Virus record (IMG/VR): IMGVR_UViG_3300032315_000633
Coordinates: 3,677 to 67,676 of that record
DNA from: a virus
Length of the DNA: 64,000 bases
Strand: one strand, 5' to 3'
The notes beneath the pieces were generated by a model. That model did not search any database. It had not been told where the DNA came from and was given only the letters and a program-made list of their open reading frames with translations. Positions 43,636 to 54,468 of the stretch are shown here, piece after piece. The position numbers were made by a program, and so were the translations under genes. The first letter of the stretch is position 1, and every line of letters starts with the position of its first letter.

Positions 43636-43855
43636 TGGCGAGTTCCTCCTCCAGCTCCTTGAATAGGTTGGACACCATCTCGACGCATCGCACCTGCTCT
43701 TCCGTCAGCCCAGAGCAGTCTCCCGTTTCCAGAGCGTGATGCATCAAAGTCCCCTCGGCCGCCGCCACGGATTGCGGTCCGTTGTCCGGCTTCCAGCCAG
43801 GACAGGCTTCCCGATACATCAACTGCGACGGGGAGTATTCGTGATGTGCGCTCAT
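43613..43855 (-). CDS. Cas4-like / DUF2800 exonuclease, N-terminal part
   Basis: H..YSPSQL....CPG........AAEGTLMH.ALE. Confidence 0.75.
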   Translation of the reverse strand: MSAHHEYSPSQLMYREACPGWKPDNGPQSVAAAEGTLMHHALETGDCSGLTEEQVRCVEMVSNLFKELEEELANDDSTGA

Positions 43856-44028
43856 TGCGTGAACTTTTCCCTAAGATCCTCGTACATGTCAATGCCTAAT
43901 TGCAGTTGCTTTTCCCACTGCGGGATTTCCTTGCCGCGGATATCCCCGAAATACTGCTGTGCCAGCAAATAGAAATGTCCGGCAATCTGCGACATTTTTT
44001 GATTTAGCCCTTCATTGTTTTTCTTCAT
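43852..44028 (-). CDS. hypothetical protein (58 aa)
   Basis: ATGA-coupled on both sides. Confidence 0.55.
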   Translation of the reverse strand: MKKNNEGLNQKMSQIAGHFYLLAQQYFGDIRGKEIPQWEKQLQLGIDMYEDLREKFTQ

Positions 44029-45296
44029 ATGGTCTCCATATCCCCGTCATTGAGTGTTTCTATGTTTTTCAGCTTTGCTTTGACTCTTCGCATGACGGTT
44101 TCTTCGATAGAGTCAGCCGCAAAAATGATTCGTTGTACAGCTTTACTTTTTGCCCCAGCCCGATGAATCCGACCCAAGGCCTGCTTTAGGTCAATAGCCG
44201 AATAGGTCGGGCAGATCAAGGAACTTCTCGGTCTTTTTCCGTGGGTATCGTGCAACGAAACCCCCACGCCACCGCTTTGGATTTGGCACAACATTATGTG
44301 GTGGGAGTCGTCCTGGAAATCCGCCAGCATCTGCTCCCGCTCCTCGTCCGACTGGTCTCCCCAGATAACGCAAGCGTTTTTGAGTTTTGCCTTGAGGGCT
44401 TCGATTGTCCCTCGGAAATTGCAGAAGATCACCACGCTTCGCCCCTCGTCCAACAAGGCTTCCGCCATATCGATGAGGACTGGAACCCGCACAAGCTCCG
44501 ACTCCTGCCTTGCCCTCAAGATTTCGGTCATAGGGTGAGGTCTGTCCTTTGCCTTGCTGGCGGCAATCTCGGCAAGTTTCTTCTCAAGCTCGTCGTACAA
44601 TCCCTGCACATCCCCGCAGTCATAAGCTTCGGCAAAGACCTCGTTGTCGGGAAACTTATCCCCCAGATCCTCAATCTTGATTCGGCTGGCTCTATCCCCC
44701 ATTGCCTTGTGGATTTCAGCCAGCTTTCGCTTACCCCCGAAGTAGGCCAACGCACCCCACGGAGCTTTCTTGACCCCATTGCGGATCGCCCAAGAAAAGA
44801 AGTTGCCGTACTCGTGCAAGCCCAGCACATAACCCGTCGAACGCATATCCAACGGGTTTGACGCAAAAGTGGCCGAGAGCATAAGCGTGTTGAATGTCTT
44901 GCTCTGGATGAGCATCTTCCCGTTAAGGCTGTTTGCCCCCTTGCACTTGTGGACTTCGTCCCAGATTAAAAGAGTGTCCTTCGGCAACTTGTCCGACCAC
45001 ACCCACATTCCGTTTTTAAAAGCCCCAAATCCAGTCTTCCCCGTCCGCAACTTTTCGTAGTTGTGGATGAAGAGTGGCTTTACTTTTGCGGTCTTCAGCC
45101 AGTTCTTCCAGGCTGGTATGACAGCTTTCGGGCAGATTACCCCGACGGGTTGGCCTAGCTGTTTCGCAATCCATACCGCCTTTGCCGTCTTGCCAGTCCC
45201 CGTGTCGCTCCAGTCTGCGGCCACACGATGCTGGTTCAGACTTTCCAGCAAGGTCTCGGCAGACGGCTTCTGCCATTCGTATAACTCAACGCTCAT
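44025..45296 (-). CDS. SF2 (SNF2-like) helicase
   Basis: DTGTGKT, DEVH, LSAT, GGVGVSL, QALGRIHRAG. Confidence 0.9.
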   Translation of the reverse strand: MSVELYEWQKPSAETLLESLNQHRVAADWSDTGTGKTAKAVWIAKQLGQPVGVICPKAVIPAWKNWLKTAKVKPLFIHNYEKLRTGKTGFGAFKNGMWVWSDKLPKDTLLIWDEVHKCKGANSLNGKMLIQSKTFNTLMLSATFASNPLDMRSTGYVLGLHEYGNFFSWAIRNGVKKAPWGALAYFGGKRKLAEIHKAMGDRASRIKIEDLGDKFPDNEVFAEAYDCGDVQGLYDELEKKLAEIAASKAKDRPHPMTEILRARQESELVRVPVLIDMAEALLDEGRSVVIFCNFRGTIEALKAKLKNACVIWGDQSDEEREQMLADFQDDSHHIMLCQIQSGGVGVSLHDTHGKRPRSSLICPTYSAIDLKQALGRIHRAGAKSKAVQRIIFAADSIEETVMRRVKAKLKNIETLNDGDMETI

Positions 45297-45751
45297 TCAG
45301 TCTTGTTTCCGTACTCCAGCAAAAGCAAAGCGTCTGCCGTGGCCAGAGTCACATCCAATGACGGGAACAGACTTTGCGCCCTTTGTTTAAGTTTGTTTTT
45401 CCACTTGGTCTTGTCGCCCTCGCTTTTGCCAAGGCTCAAATATCCCTGCCATTTTTGTGGCCTTACCAAAACGACCCTTGCGCCGATTGTGGTCAGAACA
45501 CCCAAGATGAATCCGAAATTTCGTCCAAAAGTGAACATGGCCGATCCCGGCTGTGGTCTTCCGATGTATCCACCCACCTCCTCCACGATCACTGTCGGGT
45601 GATCCAGATGATAATAAACCTCTTTTAATTTGTTGGCTATGTCCGTCTCGGTCTGTGGCATTGGTATAGCTCTCGCACCATACGCCATTTTCCAAGCTAT
45701 TCCCCCCGATTTGCCGGGATCTATCGCCATTAATTCTTTTGTTATCGTCAC
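45293..45751 (-). CDS. RuvC-like Holliday junction resolvase
   Basis: AIDPGKSGGIA...VEEV...SAMFTFG..FG...PQKWQ...ADALLL. Confidence 0.85.
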   Translation of the reverse strand: MTITKELMAIDPGKSGGIAWKMAYGARAIPMPQTETDIANKLKEVYYHLDHPTVIVEEVGGYIGRPQPGSAMFTFGRNFGFILGVLTTIGARVVLVRPQKWQGYLSLGKSEGDKTKWKNKLKQRAQSLFPSLDVTLATADALLLLEYGNKTE

Positions 45752-45878
45752 TAGATGTTTCTCCTTTTGTTTGGGTTGACCCCCACATGTTGCGTTTGGA
45801 TGTACATACTGGATTAATCTAGGCAAGACAATTCTTCGGTTATGGTTGACTTGTCCCGAATGGCCTTAAGGTTGTCCT

Positions 45879-47183
45879 ATGCCTGTTTATTACCCAGAAA
45901 ACAACTATCCCTTGCCAGGTGACGAAGAATCAAGATCCTTACATAAGATAAATAGCCTACTCTATAATGGGATTAGTCTTTCGGCCACTAATAGCGGAAT
46001 CCCAACCGACGCTTTTGGGAGGCTTCGGGCTGGACTTCCGTTTACCCTTTTCGAATCAAGCCACCGCTACCAAGACAATGCGTTGTGGAATACCTCTACC
46101 GCTACGGGTGGTTCGACGAGCTTCAACGCAAACCAAGGCTTAGTCGACCTCGCCGTTTCGTCATCCTCCGGATCAAAAGTCCTTCGTGAAACAACCAAAG
46201 TCTTCTCCTACCAACCTGGGAAATCCCTTTTAGTTCTCAACACTTTTGTCCTTGCCCCAGCAAAAACCAATTTGCGACAACGTGTAGGTTACTTTGGCAC
46301 AGACAACGGAATCTTTTTGGAACTAAATGGGACAACCTTAAGTTTTGTCGAACGTAGTTTGGCCACAGGCACGACAACCACCGTCAACAAATCCGACTGG
46401 AATGGCGACAAACTCGACGGTCTTGGTGCTTCTGGTTTCACCCTCGACATCACAAAAGCCCAGATTATGTGGATGGATATCGAATGGCTTGGACTCGGGA
46501 CCGTAAGGGTTGGGTTTGTAATCAATGGTCAGTTTATTACTTGTCATTCTTTTCACCACGCCAATCTAATTACTTCTACTTACATCACTACAGCTAGTCT
46601 TCCTCTTCGCCTTGAGATTGAGAATACAGGGGCTACCTCAGGTTCAAGTACTATGAAACAGGTTTGCTCGACTGTTATCTCAGAGGGTGGATATCAACTA
46701 TACGGGGCTCAAAAGGCTGCAGGTACCGTTATTACAGTTCCATATAACATGTCCGTCGCTGGGACATATTACCCTATTGTGTCTATTCGCTTAAAATCTA
46801 CTCGGTTAGACGCCATCGTCATTCTTACTGCTCTTTCTGTTTTACCCGCTTCTACTGGGAACTATAATTGGAGAGTATTGGCTGGCACTACAACTGCTGG
46901 TGGTTCTTGGACAGACCCAGGATCTGACAGTGCTGTGGAATATAAAATAAACGGAACAGGTGTGTCTGGCGGGCGTATTCTCGCTAGCGGATTCATCAGC
47001 CAATCTAACCAGTCTAACCCGGCTCTCGATATCTTAAAGGAAGCCCTTTTCCGTTTCCAATTAGAGCGAGATACCTTTACTTCTACAGCCTATGAGATAA
47101 CTATCGCGGTTGCGGCTCAAACCATTGGCGGGGGTGGCTCAAACATATTTGGGTCGATGGATTGGGAAGAAATCAGCCGCTAA
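45879..47183 (+). CDS. virion structural protein (beta-sandwich, possible head decoration)
   Basis: DAFGRLR...PFTLF...YQPGKS...DIEWLG.G.VR.GF...DWEE family motifs. Confidence 0.6.
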   Translation: MPVYYPENNYPLPGDEESRSLHKINSLLYNGISLSATNSGIPTDAFGRLRAGLPFTLFESSHRYQDNALWNTSTATGGSTSFNANQGLVDLAVSSSSGSKVLRETTKVFSYQPGKSLLVLNTFVLAPAKTNLRQRVGYFGTDNGIFLELNGTTLSFVERSLATGTTTTVNKSDWNGDKLDGLGASGFTLDITKAQIMWMDIEWLGLGTVRVGFVINGQFITCHSFHHANLITSTYITTASLPLRLEIENTGATSGSSTMKQVCSTVISEGGYQLYGAQKAAGTVITVPYNMSVAGTYYPIVSIRLKSTRLDAIVILTALSVLPASTGNYNWRVLAGTTTAGGSWTDPGSDSAVEYKINGTGVSGGRILASGFISQSNQSNPALDILKEALFRFQLERDTFTSTAYEITIAVAAQTIGGGGSNIFGSMDWEEISR

Positions 47184-47231
47184 CTAAATCTTGCCCCAAG
47201 CTAATCGTTTTGTTACAGTCTTTGCTCCATC

Positions 47232-48950
47232 GTGAGCCAAGGATTTGAGAGATATGGCCGAGTATGGCCAGCCGGGACAACCGATGTCACAATTGAACTT
47301 GTGGCCTTTCGTGACAACTATGGCCCAGAGCGTGGTGGCTTTGGCAAGTACGGCCATTTTAGGAGGGTGATCGAATTGCTTTGGCCATACGACAAGAAGA
47401 ACAAGAACGGATTCCAATGGAATCCTTGGGCAGAGAAGATTTTTGAGGAAGCCTGCAAGTGGAATTACCTAGGCATTTCTGGCCCAAAGTCCTCCAGCAA
47501 GACCCACTGCATCGGGTTATGGGGATTGGTGAATTGGTTGTGCGATCCGTTTAACACTCTTGTGCTGGTCACCACGACATCCGTTCGTGAAGCCAGAAAA
47601 CGTATGTGGGGAGTCATCCGTGAGCGTCATTTACAGATTCCGGGACTCCCAGGTCGCATCGTCGACTCGATGGGGAAACTGATTTTGGACGAGGCTGGCA
47701 GTGATCGCTCGTCCATCACCCTTATCCCGTCCGCCAAGGACAAGGAGAAGGAAGCCACTGAAAAGCTGATCGGGCTCAAGAACAAGCGGGTGTTTCTTTT
47801 GGTCGACGAGGCTACGGACGTTTCCCCCGCAATCTTTGAGGCGATCCACAACCTGGACTCCAACCCATTCTTTCAGTGCATCGCCCTTGGGAACTTTGCT
47901 TCGTCCTACGATCCGTTCGGCCAGTTCATCACGCCCAAGAACACCTGGAACAGCGTCAATGCCGAGTTGGACGGGTGGGAAACTTCCCGTGGATATTGCA
48001 TCCATCTCGACGGAGAGAAGACACCCAATCTGGACGCCGACGACCAATGGCCGTTCCTTTTGACATCCCGCCAGCTTCGTGAGGCCAAGGAGTATCAGGG
48101 AGAAAATTCGCTCTCTTACTGGCGATTTATCCGATCTTTTCCCGCTCCCGTTGGTGCCGAACAAAACATCTACTCGGAAGCCGATATCCGAAAGTTCGAT
48201 GGAGAAGCCCTACCTCTTTGGCAAACCCAACCGATCAAGGTGGCCGGATTTGATCCTGCCTTCACCAACGGAGGAGACCGCTCCGTCCTCTATGTCGGGG
48301 CATTTGGTAGGAGCAGTCTTGATCTCCCGACTGTCTCCTTCAACAAGGCTTATGTGATCCGTGAGGATGCCACCAAAGCCAACGAGCCTCGGAACTTCCA
48401 AATTGCCAGACAGGTTCGGGAGATCTGCGAGAAGGAGGGAGTCCGTCCAGAACATCTGGCAGTTGACGCCACGGGTGCAGGCGATCCGTTCTGCGACATC
48501 TTGAGCGAGACCTGGAGTTCTAAAGTGCTTCGGGTCAAGTTTGGAGAAAAGCCAACCGAACTCCCCATCAGCGTGATGTCACCCGTCAAAGCCAACGAGA
48601 AGTTTGCCAATAGGGTCACGGAGCTTTGGTATGTCGGGGTGGAATATCTGCGTGGAAACCAGATCCGTGGCATTACCCCAGAACTGGCTCGTGAGTTGTG
48701 CGCTAGGAAGTACAGCACCCTTTCTGGAGGTCGTCTGGTGGTGGAGCCCAAGCGGGATATGAAGTCCAGAATGGGCAAATCGCCCGACTTGGCAGATGCC
48801 GCCCTCCTATTGCTTGATCTCTGCCGTCAGAGGCTGGGAGCCGTGGCTGGCGGAAGAAGGGCTGGCGAGCGTGGCAAGGATTGGCTCAAGATGGCGAGGA
48901 AGCTGGATGTCAGTTCCTTGGACGACCGACAAGTCCTAGGTGTCTCTTGA
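47232..48950 (+). CDS. terL: terminase large subunit
   Basis: Walker A variant GPKSSSKT, LVDEA, GN coupling motif, GFDPA, VDATG, SPDLADA nuclease motifs. Confidence 0.9.
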   Translation: MSQGFERYGRVWPAGTTDVTIELVAFRDNYGPERGGFGKYGHFRRVIELLWPYDKKNKNGFQWNPWAEKIFEEACKWNYLGISGPKSSSKTHCIGLWGLVNWLCDPFNTLVLVTTTSVREARKRMWGVIRERHLQIPGLPGRIVDSMGKLILDEAGSDRSSITLIPSAKDKEKEATEKLIGLKNKRVFLLVDEATDVSPAIFEAIHNLDSNPFFQCIALGNFASSYDPFGQFITPKNTWNSVNAELDGWETSRGYCIHLDGEKTPNLDADDQWPFLLTSRQLREAKEYQGENSLSYWRFIRSFPAPVGAEQNIYSEADIRKFDGEALPLWQTQPIKVAGFDPAFTNGGDRSVLYVGAFGRSSLDLPTVSFNKAYVIREDATKANEPRNFQIARQVREICEKEGVRPEHLAVDATGAGDPFCDILSETWSSKVLRVKFGEKPTELPISVMSPVKANEKFANRVTELWYVGVEYLRGNQIRGITPELARELCARKYSTLSGGRLVVEPKRDMKSRMGKSPDLADAALLLLDLCRQRLGAVAGGRRAGERGKDWLKMARKLDVSSLDDRQVLGVS

Positions 48951-48982
48951 CTAACAATATTCGGTGTTAGAGTAAGGGACAC

Positions 48983-51175
48983 GTGTCAATCGAACTCGAA
49001 TCACTTTCAGAGTCCGGCAAACCGCCACGGACAAGGATCAAAGATGTAAAGTCGGCTCACGCCATTTACATGGCAATGCGTCAATCTGACGACGCTTCCT
49101 CCATTGACCGCCAGAAAGTCCAGTCAATGCTCGATGGCGAGCCACCCTACTCCTCACAGCAACTCAAAGCCCTCGGTCAAGGATATCGGGCTAACCTTAA
49201 CTTCGGAGAGGCGGCCGCAGCTCTCGAGACCTCGCTTTCCGCCTACTCCGATCTGGTCAATTCCGTTGACAAACTAGCCACAGTCAAAACCTCCTTTGGC
49301 GATGCCTCGCAAAGGGTGGAGTGGGAAAATATCATTGCCGAGGAGTTTCACCGCACGATCACTGATTGGGACGAGTTCTTCTACAAACAGCAGATGCTTG
49401 CCCACCAGTTTGTGGCCTACGGCGTGGGCTTGTCCTTCTTTGAGGATAACCGCAACTGGCAGTGGAATGTATGCGGTATGCGGGATTTTAAAGTTCCCCG
49501 TGGCACACCCGCTTCCGACACGAAGTTTGAAGTGATGACAATTGAGCGGAATTTCCTGGTAGGCGAGCTTTTCAAGTACATCGAGAACCCCAAGATCGCC
49601 GCCGAGCTTGGCTGGAATGTGGAGGTCACCCGCAAGGCCATTATGCTTTCCACCGAGATCGCCCGAGCCACCGATCGGGATTGGGAGCGTCTGCAGGAAG
49701 AGTTAAAGAACAACGACCTTATTTACTCCCACGCCCGTAGCAAAGTCGTTCGTTGCGTTCACTACTTTGTCCAGGAGTTTGACGGCTCCATCTCCCATTA
49801 CATCGGGACTCGTGCTGGTGACGAGACAGACTTCCTATTTAAAAAGCCCAGCCGCTTCAAACACGCCAACGAGGCCTTCACCTTGTTCAGCTATGGGATC
49901 GGAACCAACGGCACACTCCACTCCATTCGTGGTCTTGGTTACAAACTCTTTCCGTTTATCCAGCTTTCCAACCGCCTCCGTAACGCCGTTGTCGACGGGG
50001 CGATGCTTTCCTCCGCCTTGATGATCCAGCCAGGAACTGGAGAGGATGTCAGCAATCTGACCTTGATGTACAACGGTCCGCTTTCCATTCTGCCTCCTGG
50101 CATCAATGTGGTTGATCGTGCCGTACCCAATCTTGCTGGCAATGTTCTCCCGATTGTCCGTGACTTGGAGATGGTTCGCCAGAACAACACCGGCACTTAT
50201 AACCAGCGTCAGTTGATGCCCGAAGGTGACGCCAGAACCGCCACCGAAGTCCAAGCCCAACTTGCCCAGCAGTCCATCCTCGGGACGCAGGCGATGAATC
50301 TTTACTATACTCCTTGGCAGAAACTATTGGCCGAGCAGTTTCGCCGTTTGGCTAACGTCAACTACCGAGCCGACGAACCTGGTGGCAAAGCCGCCGTCGA
50401 TTTCAAGAAGCGTGTGATGGCTCGTGGCGTTCCGTGGGACGCCGTCCAGAAAGTGTATCGGGTCAACGCAGTTCGAGCCATTGGTGCTGGAAGTGCCGGT
50501 GCCCGAATGCTCGCCTTCAACGAATTTCTCCAGATTCTCCCCCGCTTCGACGAAGTCGGACAGCGTAATCTTATCCGTGATCGTGTGGCCGCTCGTGTCG
50601 GTTACGACCAGGTCGACCGCTACCTCCCGAAGGCCGAGATTGAGCGTGTTCCAGTCGACGCCAAGATCGCCGAGCTCGAGAACAATGCGATGCAAAGTGG
50701 CCGTGGAGTTAGCGTCAATCCCGGCGAGAACCATGCTGTTCACGCTCGCATCCACCTCGAAGACGCTGGTCGGTTCCTGCAGGCTCTGCAACAGAACCAA
50801 GTCGAGCCTCGGGTTGCCCTCGCCTACCTCCAGTTGCAGTACCCCCATTCGATGGCGCATGTCGAAGCCCTTGCTTCCGACCCGACTCGGAAACAGGAAG
50901 TGGCCGCCGCTATGCAAGTTCTCAATCTTGTGCGGGAAGCCGTGGAGAATATTGGAAAACAGATGGCCGCCGAAGCCCAGCGCAACCCCCAGACCGCAGG
51001 TATGGATCTCGACCCTAAGACCGCCTCCAAATTGCGGGAAGCCCAAGTCAATTCCCAGATCAGACTCCAGCAAGCTCAACTCGACCAACAGCTTCGAGCC
51101 GCCGAAGCCGAGCAAAAGATGGCTATTCGGGACGCCGAAGCCGCCCAAAAAATAACGCAAAAAAGACTTGCTTAG
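48983..51175 (+). CDS. portal protein
   Basis: 730 aa directly after TerL; RTATEV motif; Gln-rich barrel-like C-terminus. Confidence 0.8.
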   Translation: MSIELESLSESGKPPRTRIKDVKSAHAIYMAMRQSDDASSIDRQKVQSMLDGEPPYSSQQLKALGQGYRANLNFGEAAAALETSLSAYSDLVNSVDKLATVKTSFGDASQRVEWENIIAEEFHRTITDWDEFFYKQQMLAHQFVAYGVGLSFFEDNRNWQWNVCGMRDFKVPRGTPASDTKFEVMTIERNFLVGELFKYIENPKIAAELGWNVEVTRKAIMLSTEIARATDRDWERLQEELKNNDLIYSHARSKVVRCVHYFVQEFDGSISHYIGTRAGDETDFLFKKPSRFKHANEAFTLFSYGIGTNGTLHSIRGLGYKLFPFIQLSNRLRNAVVDGAMLSSALMIQPGTGEDVSNLTLMYNGPLSILPPGINVVDRAVPNLAGNVLPIVRDLEMVRQNNTGTYNQRQLMPEGDARTATEVQAQLAQQSILGTQAMNLYYTPWQKLLAEQFRRLANVNYRADEPGGKAAVDFKKRVMARGVPWDAVQKVYRVNAVRAIGAGSAGARMLAFNEFLQILPRFDEVGQRNLIRDRVAARVGYDQVDRYLPKAEIERVPVDAKIAELENNAMQSGRGVSVNPGENHAVHARIHLEDAGRFLQALQQNQVEPRVALAYLQLQYPHSMAHVEALASDPTRKQEVAAAMQVLNLVREAVENIGKQMAAEAQRNPQTAGMDLDPKTASKLREAQVNSQIRLQQAQLDQQLRAAEAEQKMAIRDAEAAQKITQKRLA

Positions 51176-51206
51176 TTGACGCTGACTCAATAAAGTCTGC
51201 GGTCAT

Positions 51207-51494
51207 ATGAAAATAACTGATTGGGCAAGGCGGGAAGATCTTCAACTAGAATGGAAACAACTTTGGGAAACCAACCAAGCTTTAAAAGCCGGGTTTGCCG
51301 TGTTGCGCGACATTGCGTGGCCGACTCAAATGCAAGTCCCGACTGGCACAGATGCCGTGCAGTTTAACGCCTTGATGAACGCACGTCGTGAAGGGTACTT
51401 TGACGCTCTGCGAAACATTGAGGCTCTAAAGGAAATCAAACGTCAAAATCAACCGCTTCCCGAACCTTGGTCGGACGCAAAGAAAGAGGACTAA
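51207..51494 (+). CDS. small conserved protein between portal and scaffold
   Basis: Synteny; REGY..AL helix. Confidence 0.55.
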   Translation: MKITDWARREDLQLEWKQLWETNQALKAGFAVLRDIAWPTQMQVPTGTDAVQFNALMNARREGYFDALRNIEALKEIKRQNQPLPEPWSDAKKED

Positions 51495-51497
51495 TTT

Positions 51498-52760
51498 ATG
51501 TCAACAGCAACAACCGAGACGACCACAACCCCCGCAACGAAACCCTCCGCTGGCGTCAGCCTTTCTGAGGCTCTTGATGCCGCACTCGGCACATCGGCTC
51601 CCGTCGATGTTGCTCCGCCGAAAACCGCACCGCAGGAGGTTGCCACTCCGAAAGCACCAGAGCCTACGTCCACGACACCCAAAGCTACAGAAGCTCCCGC
51701 CAAAGAGACGACCGCAACTCCTTCTTTTATTCTTAACGAGCTCGGTAAAATCGGTGTAGATGACAAGGCTTTTTCGGAAAAGCCTGCCGAAGCCAAAACG
51801 GAAGAGCCTATTGAGGCTCTCCCAGAAGGCACAGCACCCGCCGCTCAGACCGCCTTTGCCAAGCTCACCAAGGAGTTGCGTGACGCCAAAGCCAAACTGA
51901 AAGAGTTTGAGACTAAGGTCGCTACCCGAACCGAGGCTGTTTCGGAAAAAGGTGGCGATGTACAGACCGACGCCCAACTCAAGGAACTCCAGACCAAGCT
52001 CGAGCAGTTCCAGAAAGAGCGGGAAGAACTGGAAGGCGAACTTCGCGTTGGCCGCATTGAAGCCACCAGCGAATACAAGGTCAATATTGCCGAGCCTACC
52101 AAGGCCGCAGTCCAGACCATCTCCGACATCGCCAAGGTCTACGATGTCCGCCCGTCCACGATTCTGGAAGCAGTCAACGAGACAGACGGAGCCAAACGCC
52201 GAGTTCTCCTCAAGGAGTTGACTGGTGAAATGGACGCCGCCGATGCTTTGGCTGTTCGGATGAAGGTCGACGAGTTGATTCAGATCAACTCCAAGCGAGA
52301 CGAAATGGTCAAGGAAAGCAAGGCGACCCTCGAAGCCTTGACCAAGGCCGAAGAGGAAGAAGAGCGTGTGGAACGAGCCAAATACGATGCCGATGCCAAG
52401 AAGGCTTTCGGCGAAGTCTGGGAAAGTTTCCAATCCGAACTTCCGTTGCTCAAGAAGATTGATGGCAACGATCAGTGGAACCAGACTATCGATCAGCTTC
52501 GCTCGCAGGCTGAGAGACTTGATGCCGAGCCGCTCGACCATCGTCAGCGTGCGGCTTTGACTTACCAAGCCGTCACCCTCCCCTTGGTTGTCCAAGTATT
52601 CAAGGACTATGTCTCCAAGACGAACCAAGAGATGGTTAGCCTAAAGAGTAGCTTGGCCGAATACCGCAAGGCAACCCCTGGAACTGGTGCTGGTCAAGTT
52701 GTGGACAAGAACGACGCCGACCCTGGCTTAAGCTTCTTGGACGCAATCTCCAGAGTCTGA
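51498..52760 (+). CDS. capsid scaffolding protein
   Basis: Disordered P/T/E N-terminus, AFAKL..EL coiled coil, acidic; synteny. Confidence 0.7.
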   Translation: MSTATTETTTTPATKPSAGVSLSEALDAALGTSAPVDVAPPKTAPQEVATPKAPEPTSTTPKATEAPAKETTATPSFILNELGKIGVDDKAFSEKPAEAKTEEPIEALPEGTAPAAQTAFAKLTKELRDAKAKLKEFETKVATRTEAVSEKGGDVQTDAQLKELQTKLEQFQKEREELEGELRVGRIEATSEYKVNIAEPTKAAVQTISDIAKVYDVRPSTILEAVNETDGAKRRVLLKELTGEMDAADALAVRMKVDELIQINSKRDEMVKESKATLEALTKAEEEEERVERAKYDADAKKAFGEVWESFQSELPLLKKIDGNDQWNQTIDQLRSQAERLDAEPLDHRQRAALTYQAVTLPLVVQVFKDYVSKTNQEMVSLKSSLAEYRKATPGTGAGQVVDKNDADPGLSFLDAISRV

Positions 52761-52769
52761 TAGGAAAAG

Positions 52770-53132
52770 ATGCCATCCTTCTTCCCAGAAGGTGACGCAC
52801 CTCTCCCTCAAGACAGGGAGCCGAGGTCTTTACAGAAGATTAATAGTCTTCTGCAATCCATCGATGCAAAGACTGGTGGCTCCTCTGGTGGTGGTTTGAC
52901 GGATGCGGAGCTTCGAGCGACGCCAGTCCCAGCCAGCGTGTCTGGCTCGGTTAGCGTCGGAAACATTGCTGGTTGGAACATCCCCACCCACGACTACCGA
53001 GCCCTTGGTTACACCAGTGGGAATCTGACGTCCGTGACCTACAAGACTGGAGGGGCAGGTGGAACCACGGTCGCCACGCTGACGCTCGGGTACGACGGAA
53101 GCGGAAACCTCACCAGCCTGACGAAGACCTGA
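52770..53132 (+). CDS. small structural / head-fibre adaptor protein
   Basis: N-terminus shared with the ORF at 45879; HDY..LGY..GNLT.VTYK domain. Confidence 0.55.
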   Translation: MPSFFPEGDAPLPQDREPRSLQKINSLLQSIDAKTGGSSGGGLTDAELRATPVPASVSGSVSVGNIAGWNIPTHDYRALGYTSGNLTSVTYKTGGAGGTTVATLTLGYDGSGNLTSLTKT

Positions 53133-53133
53133 T

Positions 53134-54465
53134 ATGGCGAACATCCTTGCCGCGGCTAACGGCAATTGGAGCAGCACAGCCACTTGGATTGGCGGTGTTG
53201 TCCCCACGGCGGTAGACAATGCCTACGCAAACAATAGGACTGTTACTATTGATGTGAACGCAACCGTCACCAAACTCAGCACGCAGGCTGAAAACGGAGC
53301 GACGGCCGGCGGAAGTTTTACTTTTGCCTGCGCTTTGACCCCCATTACGGTAACGGCTACGACAATCGCAGCAGGAACAACGAGCTGCTTAACGATAACA
53401 AGTAGCGGGTTATCCGGAAGATCTGCAATTGTTTACGCCACTGATGTATACGCTTCCAGTGCCAACGTTTCAGTATACGGAATACAGGCGGGTCCGTCGG
53501 TAGGTGAAACCTTTTATTTTTATGGTGGTAATTTAAGAGGTCTTACAGGTTTTAATTCATCGGGTCTTCAAGTAAACGGAAACGGAACATTTATAATAAA
53601 CGCAAACTGTTACGCTTCTGCAACAACTCAGTCTCATGGACTTACTTTAACGAATAATACTTCTCCAATAGTACAAGTAACTGGAAATATTTACGGTGGG
53701 ACTACATCTTCAGGAGGTATTGTATTAAACAGTATCACAACCCCAACGTTTACCATAACTGGTGATGTATATGGAGGGAATAATCAAAACGGAGCAGGTC
53801 TTGCTCTTACGAACAACAATTCAGTTACCTTGATCGGTAACGCTTATGGTGGAACTACTGGGAGTTTGGCTTATGGTATTACCCACTCTGGAACTGGCGT
53901 TTTGACAATTGTTGGCACATGTGAAGCAGGAACATCAACAGGTGCAGCTGGTTTGTTTATGAGTGGAGGCGGTACAGCAAACGTAAAACGAGCCAAAGGT
54001 AACGGGTATGGTGTTGGGTCTACTGGGATTGCGGCCGCCAACGGGATTTTAGTTGGGAATCAGGCCGCTATTGTCAATGTTGAAGAGCTTGAATTTGGGT
54101 CTAGGGGGATGTCCCCCGTTAGCGGTAACATTCGGCTTACACCACTTTCCACAAATGTCTGCGTTGTGGCCTTAACGTCAAGCTCTACCAAGACACTTGT
54201 CGATGCATCTTCTTCGCTTGGCTTCCCGGCTACCTCAAACGTTCGTTCTGGCATTTCGTACAATGCTGGAAGTTTTGTCGGCACTTGCGCTGTCCCGACC
54301 CCTTCTTCCGTTGTTAGCGGAGTGGCTGTAGATGCTACCGTAGGCACGGCAAGTTTATCTCCAGCTAGCGTGTGGGGTTACCCAATAGGTTCTGTTTCAA
54401 GTGGCTCGGTTGGGGAAAAACTTAAGAAAACCGCAATTCCCGCTGATATCATTGCCCTAGGATAA
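53134..54465 (+). CDS. beta-helix fibre/spike protein 1
   Basis: G/N/T-rich (V/I)xGxxxGG repeats; paralogue of the next gene. Confidence 0.7.
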   Translation: MANILAAANGNWSSTATWIGGVVPTAVDNAYANNRTVTIDVNATVTKLSTQAENGATAGGSFTFACALTPITVTATTIAAGTTSCLTITSSGLSGRSAIVYATDVYASSANVSVYGIQAGPSVGETFYFYGGNLRGLTGFNSSGLQVNGNGTFIINANCYASATTQSHGLTLTNNTSPIVQVTGNIYGGTTSSGGIVLNSITTPTFTITGDVYGGNNQNGAGLALTNNNSVTLIGNAYGGTTGSLAYGITHSGTGVLTIVGTCEAGTSTGAAGLFMSGGGTANVKRAKGNGYGVGSTGIAAANGILVGNQAAIVNVEELEFGSRGMSPVSGNIRLTPLSTNVCVVALTSSSTKTLVDASSSLGFPATSNVRSGISYNAGSFVGTCAVPTPSSVVSGVAVDATVGTASLSPASVWGYPIGSVSSGSVGEKLKKTAIPADIIALG

Positions 54466-54468
54466 TTT

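Noticed and set aside
42769-43855. CRISPR-Cas system suggested by the Cas4-like nuclease
   Set aside because: No repeat-spacer array or other cas genes are seen; the context is replication/recombination
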